Position numbers and translations under genes: made by a program. A stretch of 64,000 bases of DNA, from positions 23,210-87,209 of the IMG/VR virus record IMGVR_UViG_3300005264_000009. The stretch is one strand, 5' to 3'. Below are positions 9,105 to 18,411 of the stretch, piece after piece. How positions within the stretch are numbered: the stretch's first letter is position 1; every line of letters starts with the position of its first letter. Source of the stretch: a virus. The notes beneath the pieces are model-generated. The model had not been told where the DNA came from and made no database searches. It was given only the letters and a program-made list of their open reading frames with translations.

Positions 9105-9865
9105 AATTTATAAATAAAATAATTTGTGGGGATTGTTTAGAGGTGATGGATCAGCTTATTGCAAATAATGTAAAAGTGGATGCTATTATTACTGATCCAC
9201 CGTTCGGAACTATCAGTAATTCTTGGGATGTGGTAATTCCTATAGATAAAATGTGGGAAAGATTAAATAAATTAATAAAAAAGAAAGGGGCTACGGTTAT
9301 ATTCGGCACTGAACCATTCTGCTCAAAAGTTAGAATAGCAAATTTAGATAATTATAAGTATGATTGGGTTTGGGAAAAATCTGGTGTTGGGGGTTATCTT
9401 TTAGCAAAAACACGTCCCTTAACAAATTATGAAAATATAATGGTATTTTATCAAGCCCCTCTACATGGTAATGGTGGTGACGATAACGGAAATTATTATC
9501 CACAAGGTACTAAAAAAACAAAAAAATGGGTAAAAACACCAAGAAGAATCACTCCATGCAACAGATCAATATCTAAAAAAGAAGTAATATTACAAGATAC
9601 AACAAATTATCCTAAACGAATTTTACGTTTTAACAAAGAGCCTTTAAGTCTTCACTCTTCCCAAAAACCTTTAAATTTAATGGATTACTTGGTAAAAACG
9701 TACACTAAAGAGGGTGAAACAGTCCTTGACTTCACCTGCGGTTCAGGAAGTACACTTGTATCTTGCAAACGTAATAAAAGGCAATTTATAGGTATAGAAC
9801 AAGACAGTAAATTTGTAGATATATCTAAAAAAAGATTAAACAATATAACATTAAATTTATTTTAA
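9101..9865 (+). CDS. N4-cytosine/N6-adenine DNA methyltransferase (beta class)
   Basis: GDCL, TDPPFG, H.SQKP, VLDFTCGSGST. Confidence 0.9.
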   Translation: MKFINKIICGDCLEVMDQLIANNVKVDAIITDPPFGTISNSWDVVIPIDKMWERLNKLIKKKGATVIFGTEPFCSKVRIANLDNYKYDWVWEKSGVGGYLLAKTRPLTNYENIMVFYQAPLHGNGGDDNGNYYPQGTKKTKKWVKTPRRITPCNRSISKKEVILQDTTNYPKRILRFNKEPLSLHSSQKPLNLMDYLVKTYTKEGETVLDFTCGSGSTLVSCKRNKRQFIGIEQDSKFVDISKKRLNNITLNLF

Positions 9866-9878
9866 AAGGTGAGTTAAA

Positions 9879-10472
9879 ATGGATAGACAAGTAATTATAC
9901 ATCAACATATATTACAAACGCATTTACCAGATGCTTGTAAATTATTAATGGGAAAAATAACTGAATTTGTTGACTGTAATATTGTTAATATAAATAAAAA
10001 AGAAATAACTGATTTTTTTAATTGGAATATTCATAAAGTAAATAAGTGTTTACAAAAGTTAGAAAAAGAAAATATAATTGAAATTATAGATAATAAAACA
10101 ATAAAATTATTTTATTATCATCGATATTTACCAGAATTTCAATTTTTACATTTAGATGATGTAAGCGTATTACGTAAAATATATAATGATTTAGAAGATG
10201 ATGACAATATATACACAAATTTGTATTGTGGTAATGTAATAACAAAAAGTTTACTTGCTTTAAATTTAAATGATGCTTGTACTCTTTTAATGAGTGAACT
10301 TCTATTAAATGAATGGGTAAGGGATAAAAAGAAAAAAACAATAAAAATATCAAAAATATCAATTAAAAAAACTTTATATTGGAGTATTAAAAAAATTGAT
10401 AGAATATTAACAAGATTAAGAAAAGAAAAAATACTAAAGTACAAAAAAGGAGCACATATACTATTATTTTAA
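9879..10472 (+). CDS. putative DNA-binding protein with duplicated winged-HTH-like halves
   Basis: Internal duplication (L.DAC.LL...W...K....L..L.KE); paralog of next ORF. Confidence 0.6.
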   Translation: MDRQVIIHQHILQTHLPDACKLLMGKITEFVDCNIVNINKKEITDFFNWNIHKVNKCLQKLEKENIIEIIDNKTIKLFYYHRYLPEFQFLHLDDVSVLRKIYNDLEDDDNIYTNLYCGNVITKSLLALNLNDACTLLMSELLLNEWVRDKKKKTIKISKISIKKTLYWSIKKIDRILTRLRKEKILKYKKGAHILLF

Positions 10473-10485
10473 AAGGAGAATAAAA

Positions 10486-11157
10486 ATGGAAAACCCTAAG
10501 ATGCTTACATTATATTCACAACTGTTAGAAACAAGTATGCCTGATAGTTGTAAATTATTAATGGGAAAACTTACTGAATCTATATGTGAAAAGAAACTCC
10601 AATTAGGTTTGACTGGAAATAACTATTGTGTAGTAGAAATCAATAGACAGGAATTAGCTGATTTTTTTAAATGGCATATTAAAAAAATACACATAGGTTT
10701 AAAAAGATTAGAGAAAGAAAATATAGTACAAATTATAGATAATAGAAAAATAAAAGTATTTAATTACCATATATACATGGATATTTTTCAGTTAAAAAAT
10801 CAAGATGGTATTGAGGGATTAAAAAAGTTTTTTAATGATTTAAATGATGATACTTCCATGTATTTGTATTTAGGTGAGGATAATATACAAATACCGTATA
10901 GTGTTGCATCTTCAAAATTAGATGATGCTTGTAAAGTTTTATTGGCTGAACTTTCTGCATACCAATTACTTAAAAACGATGATCCCGAAGATACTTATGT
11001 TGTTAATATTCACCAGAAACATACAATAGGTTTTTTAAATTGGACTTTTAAAAAGTTGAATAAGAAATTGGTTTTATTAGAAAAAGAGGGATTTATAAAA
11101 CGTGTAGATGATAACTATTACGAAATTTTAGAGCCTGTTGATTTAGAATTAGTATAA
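10486..11157 (+). CDS. putative DNA-binding protein, paralog of 9879..10472
   Basis: PDSCKLLMGK, DFF.W.I.K, LEKENI..IIDN shared. Confidence 0.6.
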   Translation: MENPKMLTLYSQLLETSMPDSCKLLMGKLTESICEKKLQLGLTGNNYCVVEINRQELADFFKWHIKKIHIGLKRLEKENIVQIIDNRKIKVFNYHIYMDIFQLKNQDGIEGLKKFFNDLNDDTSMYLYLGEDNIQIPYSVASSKLDDACKVLLAELSAYQLLKNDDPEDTYVVNIHQKHTIGFLNWTFKKLNKKLVLLEKEGFIKRVDDNYYEILEPVDLELV

Positions 11158-11174
11158 ACTTTTTTAAAAAGTTC

Positions 11175-11203
11175 TTGACAAACAAACTTTGTTGTGATAG
11201 TGT
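11175..11203 (+). promoter_or_regulatory. sigma70-type promoter
   Basis: TTGACA-17nt-TAGTGT with TG extension. Confidence 0.7.
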
Positions 11204-11219
11204 GCCTTTTAAGACTTCA

Positions 11220-11282
11220 AAGTGGGGAACGGATTAGCTATCTGTTGTGTAAGTTCTTGTCCTCTTGCACTATTCCCCACTT
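11220..11282 (+). ncRNA. C4/CI-like three-way-junction antisense RNA
   Basis: Stems AAGTGGGGAA/TTCCCCACTT, CGGAT/ATCTG and GTGTAAG/CTTGCAC; loop TTCTTGTCCT is the exact reverse complement of AGGACAAGAA at 11315-11324. Confidence 0.7.
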
Positions 11283-11325
11283 CCTTTTTCTCATGGACAT
11301 AGCAGATTAAGATTAGGACAAGAAA

Positions 11326-11487
11326 ATGAAAAGTGTTACATTCTATACAAAAAATCACATTTTAAAAATTAAAATTAAAAATAATCACTTAGGATACATT
11401 TATCTTGAATCTTATGAGAGAGATATAATGTATAATGAAAACATTTGTAAAGATTTACTATTACATTTAAAACAAGGAGGGAACTAA
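11326..11487 (+). CDS. 53 aa leader ORF whose RBS is the predicted antisense target (not in ORF track)
   Basis: AGGA RBS; open frame MKSVTFYTK...KQGGN*, abuts next ORF. Confidence 0.55.
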   Translation: MKSVTFYTKNHILKIKIKNNHLGYIYLESYERDIMYNENICKDLLLHLKQGGN

Positions 11488-11489
11488 AA

Positions 11490-11765
11490 GTGAAGCAAAA
11501 TTCTTCAATGGGTATTTCAAGGCAAAATTATCATCAAATATTACAGAATGATAAAAAAGATAGTAGTACACTTTTTTTATACTTTTTCTTTTTAGATTGT
11601 GTACAAAAACAAAAAACAAAAACAATTAAAATAACAAGTGCACAATGCAAACGAGAATTAAAGTGGGGAGAAAAGAAATTTAAAAAAGCAAAAAATGTAC
11701 TATTAGAATTAAAAATAATAGAGCAAGTAAATAAAAAGCAAGTAAAAGTAAATAATAATAAATAG
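11490..11765 (+). CDS. putative HTH DNA-binding protein
   Basis: GGAGG RBS; ELKWGEKKFKKAKNVLLE helix-turn-helix-like. Confidence 0.55.
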   Translation: MKQNSSMGISRQNYHQILQNDKKDSSTLFLYFFFLDCVQKQKTKTIKITSAQCKRELKWGEKKFKKAKNVLLELKIIEQVNKKQVKVNNNK

Positions 11766-11776
11766 AGGAAATAAAA

Positions 11777-12100
11777 ATGAAAAACATAAAATATGGTGAT
11801 ATATTTAATAACCACAAAGGACTTTCGGGTTTAAATATACCTGATAATATTGCTGAATCAAATTTACATGATTCAAGTAAAATACTTTTAGGAAGATTGA
11901 TTGCATTCACAAATAAAAATGGGGAATGTTCTCCCACAAGAAAAACATTAATGAAAACATTATGTTGGAAAAAAACAAAATTAGATAGAAATATACAAAT
12001 ATTAAAGGAGAAAAAACTAATAAAAACAAAACAAAAGGATTATGGTTCACCAAGTAATTATTACTTTTTATGGCATCCTTTTTATGAAAAAAACAATTAG
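11777..12100 (+). CDS. HTH_36-like winged-helix protein
   Basis: SKILLG.L..F....G.C.P....L...L ... L.EK.LI ... SNYY. Confidence 0.7.
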   Translation: MKNIKYGDIFNNHKGLSGLNIPDNIAESNLHDSSKILLGRLIAFTNKNGECSPTRKTLMKTLCWKKTKLDRNIQILKEKKLIKTKQKDYGSPSNYYFLWHPFYEKNN

Positions 12101-12152
12101 AAATAACAAGGTTGAAAATATCATGTATTAATAAAAATAGGAGAAAATAAGT

Positions 12153-13850
12153 ATGGAGAATAACAACTATTACTTTACTATGCAACAAATCCCAACTATT
12201 GCATCTTGCAATCCATTATTATCACCATCGGATAAATTGGTTTTTTCCAGTATTTATTTTTTAAAAGAGTCAAAACATGGTTCTTGTTTTGCATCAAATA
12301 AGTATTTAGCTGAATATCATGGATTAAGTGAAATTGCTATTAAAAAATCAGTGCAAAAATTAGAACATTTAGGTTATATAAAAAGAAAAACAGAAAAAAA
12401 ATTAGTAAGAACAATACCTGGAAATTACCCTAATGAATATAGATCATATAGAATTATTAATATTTTAAAACAAAATTTATGGTTACTACTATCAGATGTT
12501 TGGAATATGGCTTATCCACAAAAAGATGAAGAAGCAAGACACTTTTGGTATATAATAACAAACATAATAAAAGATTACGAAAAAACAATCAAAAAAGACA
12601 AAAAAGTGTTCAAGATCGTTGAGGCTGTAAGTTTATCCATAGGGGGTATAAAAATTTATCTTCAAGAGGATAAAAATTTATCTTCAAGAGGATACAAAAT
12701 TATACCCTTATTAAAAGAATATATTAAAAGTAGTGAAGATCTAACTAAAGTTAGATCACACAACCTATCGGTTGTTGATAAAAAGGATGGTTATTTAATA
12801 CAAGAGGATAATTCTTGCAATATAAATGATTTTGGGGAAACAAATAAAAAAATAAACAATTCTTGTAATAAAGAAAATTTTTCGCCAGCAAATAAAAAAA
12901 TAAATAAATCTTCTTTAAATTCTTGTGATCGCAAAATAAATAAAAAAATAAAAACAAAGAGACCTAAATATAAAATAACTACATCTACATATTCTTGTTA
13001 TACTCAATTTATTAATGCTGGTGCAACAAAACATAAAGAAGATTCAAAAGCATTTATAATAACAATGGAAAATATACATTCTTTATTTGATAATAAATGT
13101 CTTCCTCCATATAGAGATGCTTTTGTTCCCGAAAAATTCATAGATTATAAATGGAGTAAAGATGAAGTTATAGATACATTTGTGTATCAATTAAAAAACG
13201 CAAAATCAGAAGGTTTTGCATTAATTAAATCTGCTGGGGCATTTATTTTTCAAAAAGGTTTTAATGGCAAAAAAGCTTGGAGTCCTCTTTTATTCTGGAA
13301 TCAAAAGATGAATAAGACAGAAAAAGACGTTTTAACGCCCGAAAGTGTCGTTTTTAGAGACTTACTGAATAAAAACAATATAAACCACACAGAATTACTC
13401 CCAAGCGATTTAAACAGGCTTTCTGGTAGTTTAGAAAAAGCTAAAAAATATTATACATTTTTTAGTGCCTCAATGAAAATACAGCATAAAACATTTGCAC
13501 ACCACTTTGTAAACGTTTATTTACCAAAACAATTTAACAATAAGCAATTCAGGCTTGTTTATATTAGAAAAAAAGGTTTTATCCAACAATACATGAAAGA
13601 ATGTGCTTATGCTAAAGTATATACAAAGATAAAAATAAATTATGAAACTTTTAAAGGCAAGAAAATAACAAGAAAGGAGTATCTACAAATACCTGTTGAA
13701 GAAAGAAGAAAAGAAATAGATAAAGAATTAGAAGGGAAGACAGAATATTATCAAGGTAAGTATATACCAGCTATAGAATACCATAAAATACCATTTGATG
13801 ACAGATTACATGATATAGAATTAACAAAAATGAGACGTAGAAACAGGTAA
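12153..13850 (+). CDS. replication initiator-like protein (N-terminal wHTH)
   Basis: CFASNKYLAE..GLS...IKKS.QKLEHLGYI; located just upstream of helicase; internal iteron-like repeats. Confidence 0.7.
   Translation: MENNNYYFTMQQIPTIASCNPLLSPSDKLVFSSIYFLKESKHGSCFASNKYLAEYHGLSEIAIKKSVQKLEHLGYIKRKTEKKLVRTIPGNYPNEYRSYRIINILKQNLWLLLSDVWNMAYPQKDEEARHFWYIITNIIKDYEKTIKKDKKVFKIVEAVSLSIGGIKIYLQEDKNLSSRGYKIIPLLKEYIKSSEDLTKVRSHNLSVVDKKDGYLIQEDNSCNINDFGETNKKINNSCNKENFSPANKKINKSSLNSCDRKINKKIKTKRPKYKITTSTYSCYTQFINAGATKHKEDSKAFIITMENIHSLFDNKCLPPYRDAFVPEKFIDYKWSKDEVIDTFVYQLKNAKSEGFALIKSAGAFIFQKGFNGKKAWSPLLFWNQKMNKTEKDVLTPESVVFRDLLNKNNINHTELLPSDLNRLSGSLEKAKKYYTFFSASMKIQHKTFAHHFVNVYLPKQFNNKQFRLVYIRKKGFIQQYMKECAYAKVYTKIKINYETFKGKKITRKEYLQIPVEERRKEIDKELEGKTEYYQGKYIPAIEYHKIPFDDRLHDIELTKMRRRNR
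12643..12955. repeat. putative replication origin: 22-bp iterons followed by A-rich repeats
   Basis: ATAAAAATTTATCTTCAAGAGG x2 plus a partial third copy; then 3x AATTCTTG and 3x AAATAAAAAAATAAA. Confidence 0.55.
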
Positions 13851-13892
13851 TACAAGGTGATTTCTTATAATGTTTTATAAAAAGGATTAAAA

Positions 13893-16592
13893 ATGGAAAT
13901 AATTAAAGTTAATATTACAGAAGAAAAAAGAATAACACTTGGTTTTATATTAAGTAATAGGTTTCATAGAAATGTACATGACTTCTTTGAATTAGATTAT
14001 ATTACAAATGTTTATTTAAAACAAATAAGTTCTCTTTGTATTGAATTTTTTAATGAATTTCAAGATGCACCGAAAAAAGCTATAAAAGATATTTTTTTTG
14101 ATTATAGCAAAAATTTAGAAAGTGCAGAAAAAGAAAACATGAAAAATATTTTGCGTGAATTATACACACAAATTTCTGATGGTATTAATGTTGATTATTA
14201 TATTCAAGTAGCAAAAGAATATTGTCAAAAACGATTTGTACAAATCCACATAAACAATATGCAGTTGTTAGATGAAAAAGAGGATTATGAACAGGCTGAA
14301 CAGTTAATATTACAATATAACACATTTGCTGATAAAATGAGTGAGGGTGTCATCCTTGATATGGATGATGATGATGTTTATGAAAGATTATTTGATAAAT
14401 TAGTAAATGAAGATTCTAACTTTTTTAAATTTCCAGGTGCGGTTGGTAAATATTTAGGTAATATGAAAAGAGGTGATGTTGTAGGTTACGTAGCACCTCA
14501 AAAACGTGGGAAATGCGTATCTGAAAATTCATTGATAACATTATCAGATGGTACATTAAAAACTATAAAAGAAGTAGTACAAAAAAAGATAGTAAATGTT
14601 TTATGTAAAAATGAAAAAGATAAAATTGTAAAAGGGAAAGTTATTGATTGGATGTATTGTGGGGAAAAAACAGAATACGAGGTTACAACAAAATCAGGTA
14701 GAAAAACAAAAGTAGCAATAGATCATAAATTTTATACACCAATGGGGTATAAGAAATTGCAAGATTTACAAGTGGGGGATAGAGTTGGCTTGTGCAAACA
14801 TAAACCTTGTTATTCTCATAAAATAGTAAAAAAATCAGAATTACGCATTTTAGCCTATTTACTTGCTGATGGTCATTTAGGCGAAGGTATGAGTTTCACA
14901 AAACATTCACCTAATGTAATGGCTGATTTTTGTAAAAATTTACATGAAACAGATAAATACACAATATTTGATAATGGTTGTATTTTAAGATTACATAGAA
15001 CACAAACATACAGATTTATACAAAAATTAGGTTTGCAATATAAATTATCGGCTGATAAATTTATTCCTGATTTTGTTTTAAAAAGTAATAATAAAAGTAT
15101 ATCCGAATTTTTAAATGTTTTATTTACTTGTGATGGTTCTATTTGGAAAGATCGAAATTGTGTACAAATTGATTATAGTACAAAAAGTTTTATGCTTTGT
15201 AATCAAGTAGTATCTTGTTTGTCAAGATTCAATATATTTGGAAAAATACGTGAAAGGATAGTTAATAACACAAAATATTATGAAATTGTATTGTCAAGCA
15301 ATAAATCTATTATTGCTTTTATGAAACATATTGGTTTTTCTTTTCATAAAGCAGAAAAAGCAAAGAAATTAACATTTGAATTGGTAGATAAACGTGATTA
15401 CATAGATGTAATACCACATGAGTATGTTCTAAAATATGGGAAGGAATTACGTGAATCTGGAAAAGGATTTAATAATGAGTCATTTAGAATAGCTTTTAAT
15501 ACTGGAAAACATGTATCAAAAAAAGCATTTAAAAGAACTGTTGGAGATCAACCTGTATTACACACTGATCTATTATGGGATTCAATAAAAAGTATAAAAA
15601 AGTTAGGTAAAGTTAAAATGTACGATTTAGAAGTTGCAGAACACCATAACTTTATTTCCGATTCTTTTATTGTACATAATAGTTTCTGGTTGATAGAACA
15701 CTTAGCACAAGCCGTAGCACAAAAGAGAAAAACAGTATTTTGGTCTGTAGAAATGACAGAGGTAGAAATTTTTATGCGTGTATTAAAAGCATTTTATCCT
15801 ATGATAAATATGGATGAAGCAAGAGAGTTTTCAGACAACCATGAATATCCCTTTCCTGAATTGGATTGTAAGTTAAATCAAAATGGTGATTGTAATAATA
15901 GAGAATCAACAGTTATTGTTTTGGATGGGGATGATATGCCTATGTTTGATAAAAAACATGTACCTTGTAAAAAATGTAAGGGTACAGATAAATACAAATA
16001 TACTTTATATACATCTTATATGAAAAGACCTATACTTGAAAAGTTTGAGGGTTATAAAATAAAAGAAAAATTTAAGCGTTTATTTAAAAAGTATATAAAA
16101 ATAAGTGTACATCCTAAATATTCATTATCATATCAAAACATGATTTCTGATTTAAGTAAATTAGCAAGAACAAAGAATTTTGTTCCTGATAAACTTATAA
16201 TAGATTATATTGATATTTTAAAAATAGATTCATCATTTGATGATTATAGATTAGTAGATGAACAATGGAAATTATTAGCACAATTAGCTGGTGAAACAAA
16301 AACATTAGTTGTAACAGCAACACAAGCAAATAAAGCAGGGTTAGACTCAACAAGATTAAACAGTTCACATCAAGGGGGTTTTTATGGTAAAAGTAGGCAT
16401 GTAAATTTAATGGTGGGTATAAACCAAACAGCAGAACAAAAAGAACAAGGAATAATAGAATTAGGAATTACAGATAGACGTGAGGGTTTCTTTTCTGAAA
16501 ATGAATCATGTTTAGTTTTACAAGATTTAAAAACAGGACAAGCCCACTTAGAAGGATTAATTGTATATAACACAAAGGGGAAATATATATGA
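13893..16592 (+). CDS. dnaB: DnaB-like replicative helicase with intein
   Basis: Walker A APQKRGK|S split by intein; SVEM, IIDYID, TATQAN. Confidence 0.9.
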   Translation: MEIIKVNITEEKRITLGFILSNRFHRNVHDFFELDYITNVYLKQISSLCIEFFNEFQDAPKKAIKDIFFDYSKNLESAEKENMKNILRELYTQISDGINVDYYIQVAKEYCQKRFVQIHINNMQLLDEKEDYEQAEQLILQYNTFADKMSEGVILDMDDDDVYERLFDKLVNEDSNFFKFPGAVGKYLGNMKRGDVVGYVAPQKRGKCVSENSLITLSDGTLKTIKEVVQKKIVNVLCKNEKDKIVKGKVIDWMYCGEKTEYEVTTKSGRKTKVAIDHKFYTPMGYKKLQDLQVGDRVGLCKHKPCYSHKIVKKSELRILAYLLADGHLGEGMSFTKHSPNVMADFCKNLHETDKYTIFDNGCILRLHRTQTYRFIQKLGLQYKLSADKFIPDFVLKSNNKSISEFLNVLFTCDGSIWKDRNCVQIDYSTKSFMLCNQVVSCLSRFNIFGKIRERIVNNTKYYEIVLSSNKSIIAFMKHIGFSFHKAEKAKKLTFELVDKRDYIDVIPHEYVLKYGKELRESGKGFNNESFRIAFNTGKHVSKKAFKRTVGDQPVLHTDLLWDSIKSIKKLGKVKMYDLEVAEHHNFISDSFIVHNSFWLIEHLAQAVAQKRKTVFWSVEMTEVEIFMRVLKAFYPMINMDEAREFSDNHEYPFPELDCKLNQNGDCNNRESTVIVLDGDDMPMFDKKHVPCKKCKGTDKYKYTLYTSYMKRPILEKFEGYKIKEKFKRLFKKYIKISVHPKYSLSYQNMISDLSKLARTKNFVPDKLIIDYIDILKIDSSFDDYRLVDEQWKLLAQLAGETKTLVVTATQANKAGLDSTRLNSSHQGGFYGKSRHVNLMVGINQTAEQKEQGIIELGITDRREGFFSENESCLVLQDLKTGQAHLEGLIVYNTKGKYI
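14514..15680 (+). mobile_element. intein with LAGLIDADG homing endonuclease (389 aa)
   Basis: Starts CVSENS, ends FIVHN before S; LAYLLADG and LFTCDGS blocks. Confidence 0.92.
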
Positions 16593-17581
16593 AGAAAAAA
16601 CCATGTTTAAAATTAACAGGTGATTTGGGAGATTATTTAGGTGATTTTAATAAATCAGAACTTATTTGTTATTCAGGATTACCAAAGGTTGGTAAGAACT
16701 TCGTTTTATTAGAACATTTTAAACAAGCTATTTTACAAAAGAAAAAGGTTGTCTTTTTTTCTAATAAAATGACAGAGGATGATATTTTACGTAGAATTAA
16801 TAAGTTATTTGTACCAATGGTAGATGAGGAAGGTTTTTACCATCAACCTGTTTTTGATTGCATAGATAATCAAAATGGAAAGTGTGATAATAGAGCATCT
16901 ACTGTAGTTGTTTTGGATGATGGTGAATTATCACATTGTAAAAGACATGAACCTTGTGTAAAATGTAAAGGTAAATCATATGATTATAAAGAGTCTGTTT
17001 ATCATGTTCCTATTTTTCGTGAGAGTGAAAATATAGATACAATTAGAAAATATATACCAGATTTGAAAATATTAAATACATATGGTCGTGTATGTGTTTA
17101 CCCTAAATACACATTAAAATATGATGATATTTTCAAAGAATTACGAGCATTAGCAAATAATAACTTCTTTGCAGATATTATAATTGTAGATTATGCTGAT
17201 ATTTTACAACTGGATGATAAATATATTAGTAAACCAGATTTTATTTGGAAAGCACTATCAGATCTTGCTAAATTAACTAATAGTTTAGTGATAACTGTAA
17301 CACAAGCTAATAAAAAAGCCTTTGAAAGTTATAAACAAGTAAGTAGTGAATTTTATCCCGATAATGAATATATTGATTTTATGTGTGGTTTATTCGCTAA
17401 TAATGAGGAAAAACAACAAGGGGTTTTAAATTTTAGTATAACAAAGTCAAAAAATAAAATATATAATAAAACATGTACTGTTTTACAAGATTTAAGTGCA
17501 GGACAAGTTGTGTTAGATTCTTACACCAATAATTCTCAAAATATTTTTGCTCCTTTTAATAAAAAGAACTTGACAGATTGA
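16589..17581 (+). CDS. degenerate DnaB C-terminal domain paralog
   Basis: GLPKVGKN, IVDYAD, VTQAN, VLQDL.AGQ; colinear with the upstream helicase. Confidence 0.8.
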   Translation: MKKKPCLKLTGDLGDYLGDFNKSELICYSGLPKVGKNFVLLEHFKQAILQKKKVVFFSNKMTEDDILRRINKLFVPMVDEEGFYHQPVFDCIDNQNGKCDNRASTVVVLDDGELSHCKRHEPCVKCKGKSYDYKESVYHVPIFRESENIDTIRKYIPDLKILNTYGRVCVYPKYTLKYDDIFKELRALANNNFFADIIIVDYADILQLDDKYISKPDFIWKALSDLAKLTNSLVITVTQANKKAFESYKQVSSEFYPDNEYIDFMCGLFANNEEKQQGVLNFSITKSKNKIYNKTCTVLQDLSAGQVVLDSYTNNSQNIFAPFNKKNLTD

Positions 17582-17685
17582 TTTTATTGTGTTACAAGGT
17601 TATTAAATACTTAATAAAAGGTGATTAAAATTTTATTAAGTGTTTAAAAAAAAGGCTTGACACAAACAAAGAAGTGTGTTAAGTT
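17570..17685 (+). promoter_or_regulatory. two tandem sigma70-type promoters
   Basis: TTGACA-17-TACAAG (17570) and TTGACA-17-TAAGTT (17657), both with TG extension. Confidence 0.6.
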
Positions 17686-17736
17686 GTTTTTACAATAAAG
17701 ATTGAACAGATAACGACTCTTCAATTATTATAATAG

Positions 17737-18411
17737 ATGGATCGTAACCATCAAATTACACCACACCTTAAAATTATGAAAAAAATTAAGAAAATCAAAA
17801 GTGATCGTAGTTTACAGGAATTATTAGTAAATAAAGATTGTACGTTTAAGTGCCCTATAAAAGGGTATCAAACTATAATCGAAATTTGCCATTACTGTAA
17901 CGTGTATAACTCTTGTGATGTATTTACTAAGGCAGAAAAGGTTTTGCTAAGTGAACATACATTACAATTACCAGTACCATATACTGTACCAAAAAAGGGG
18001 ACTAAAATGAAGAAAAAAGATGTAAAAGATGTAAAGGAAGAAAAAGATGTAAAGGAAGTTAAGGAAGTTAAGGAAGAAAAAGATGTAAAGGAAGTTAATA
18101 AAAATAAAGAAAAACCAAATGATCCTAACAAGGTCAGCCAAAAGAAATTTAAGGAACATTCCAACATCTTAAATAAAATTTTGGTTGAAAATAAATTAAA
18201 GAAAATCAAAAAAAGTAAATCAAAAAAACAATCAATAATGAACTTCATGGCATCTTTTACTGAATTAAATGATGCTAACCTTTTATATTTAATTCCAAGA
18301 GGAACTATCAATGTAATGTGTGTGTTCCTAAGTGATAGAATTGAATGGTTGGAAAAAGAAAAAGCAAAAAAAGAAAAGGAGGAAAAAGTAGAAAAAAATG
18401 TATCTAAATAA
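17737..18411 (+). CDS. hypothetical protein with Cys cluster and KDVKEE repeats
   Basis: 224 aa ORF after the promoters. Confidence 0.65.
   Translation: MDRNHQITPHLKIMKKIKKIKSDRSLQELLVNKDCTFKCPIKGYQTIIEICHYCNVYNSCDVFTKAEKVLLSEHTLQLPVPYTVPKKGTKMKKKDVKDVKEEKDVKEVKEVKEEKDVKEVNKNKEKPNDPNKVSQKKFKEHSNILNKILVENKLKKIKKSKSKKQSIMNFMASFTELNDANLLYLIPRGTINVMCVFLSDRIEWLEKEKAKKEKEEKVEKNVSK

Noticed and set aside
11220-11282. Cloverleaf elements as tRNAs
   Set aside because: They have only two internal arms, no TTCRA T-loop, no D-loop GG and no CCA end
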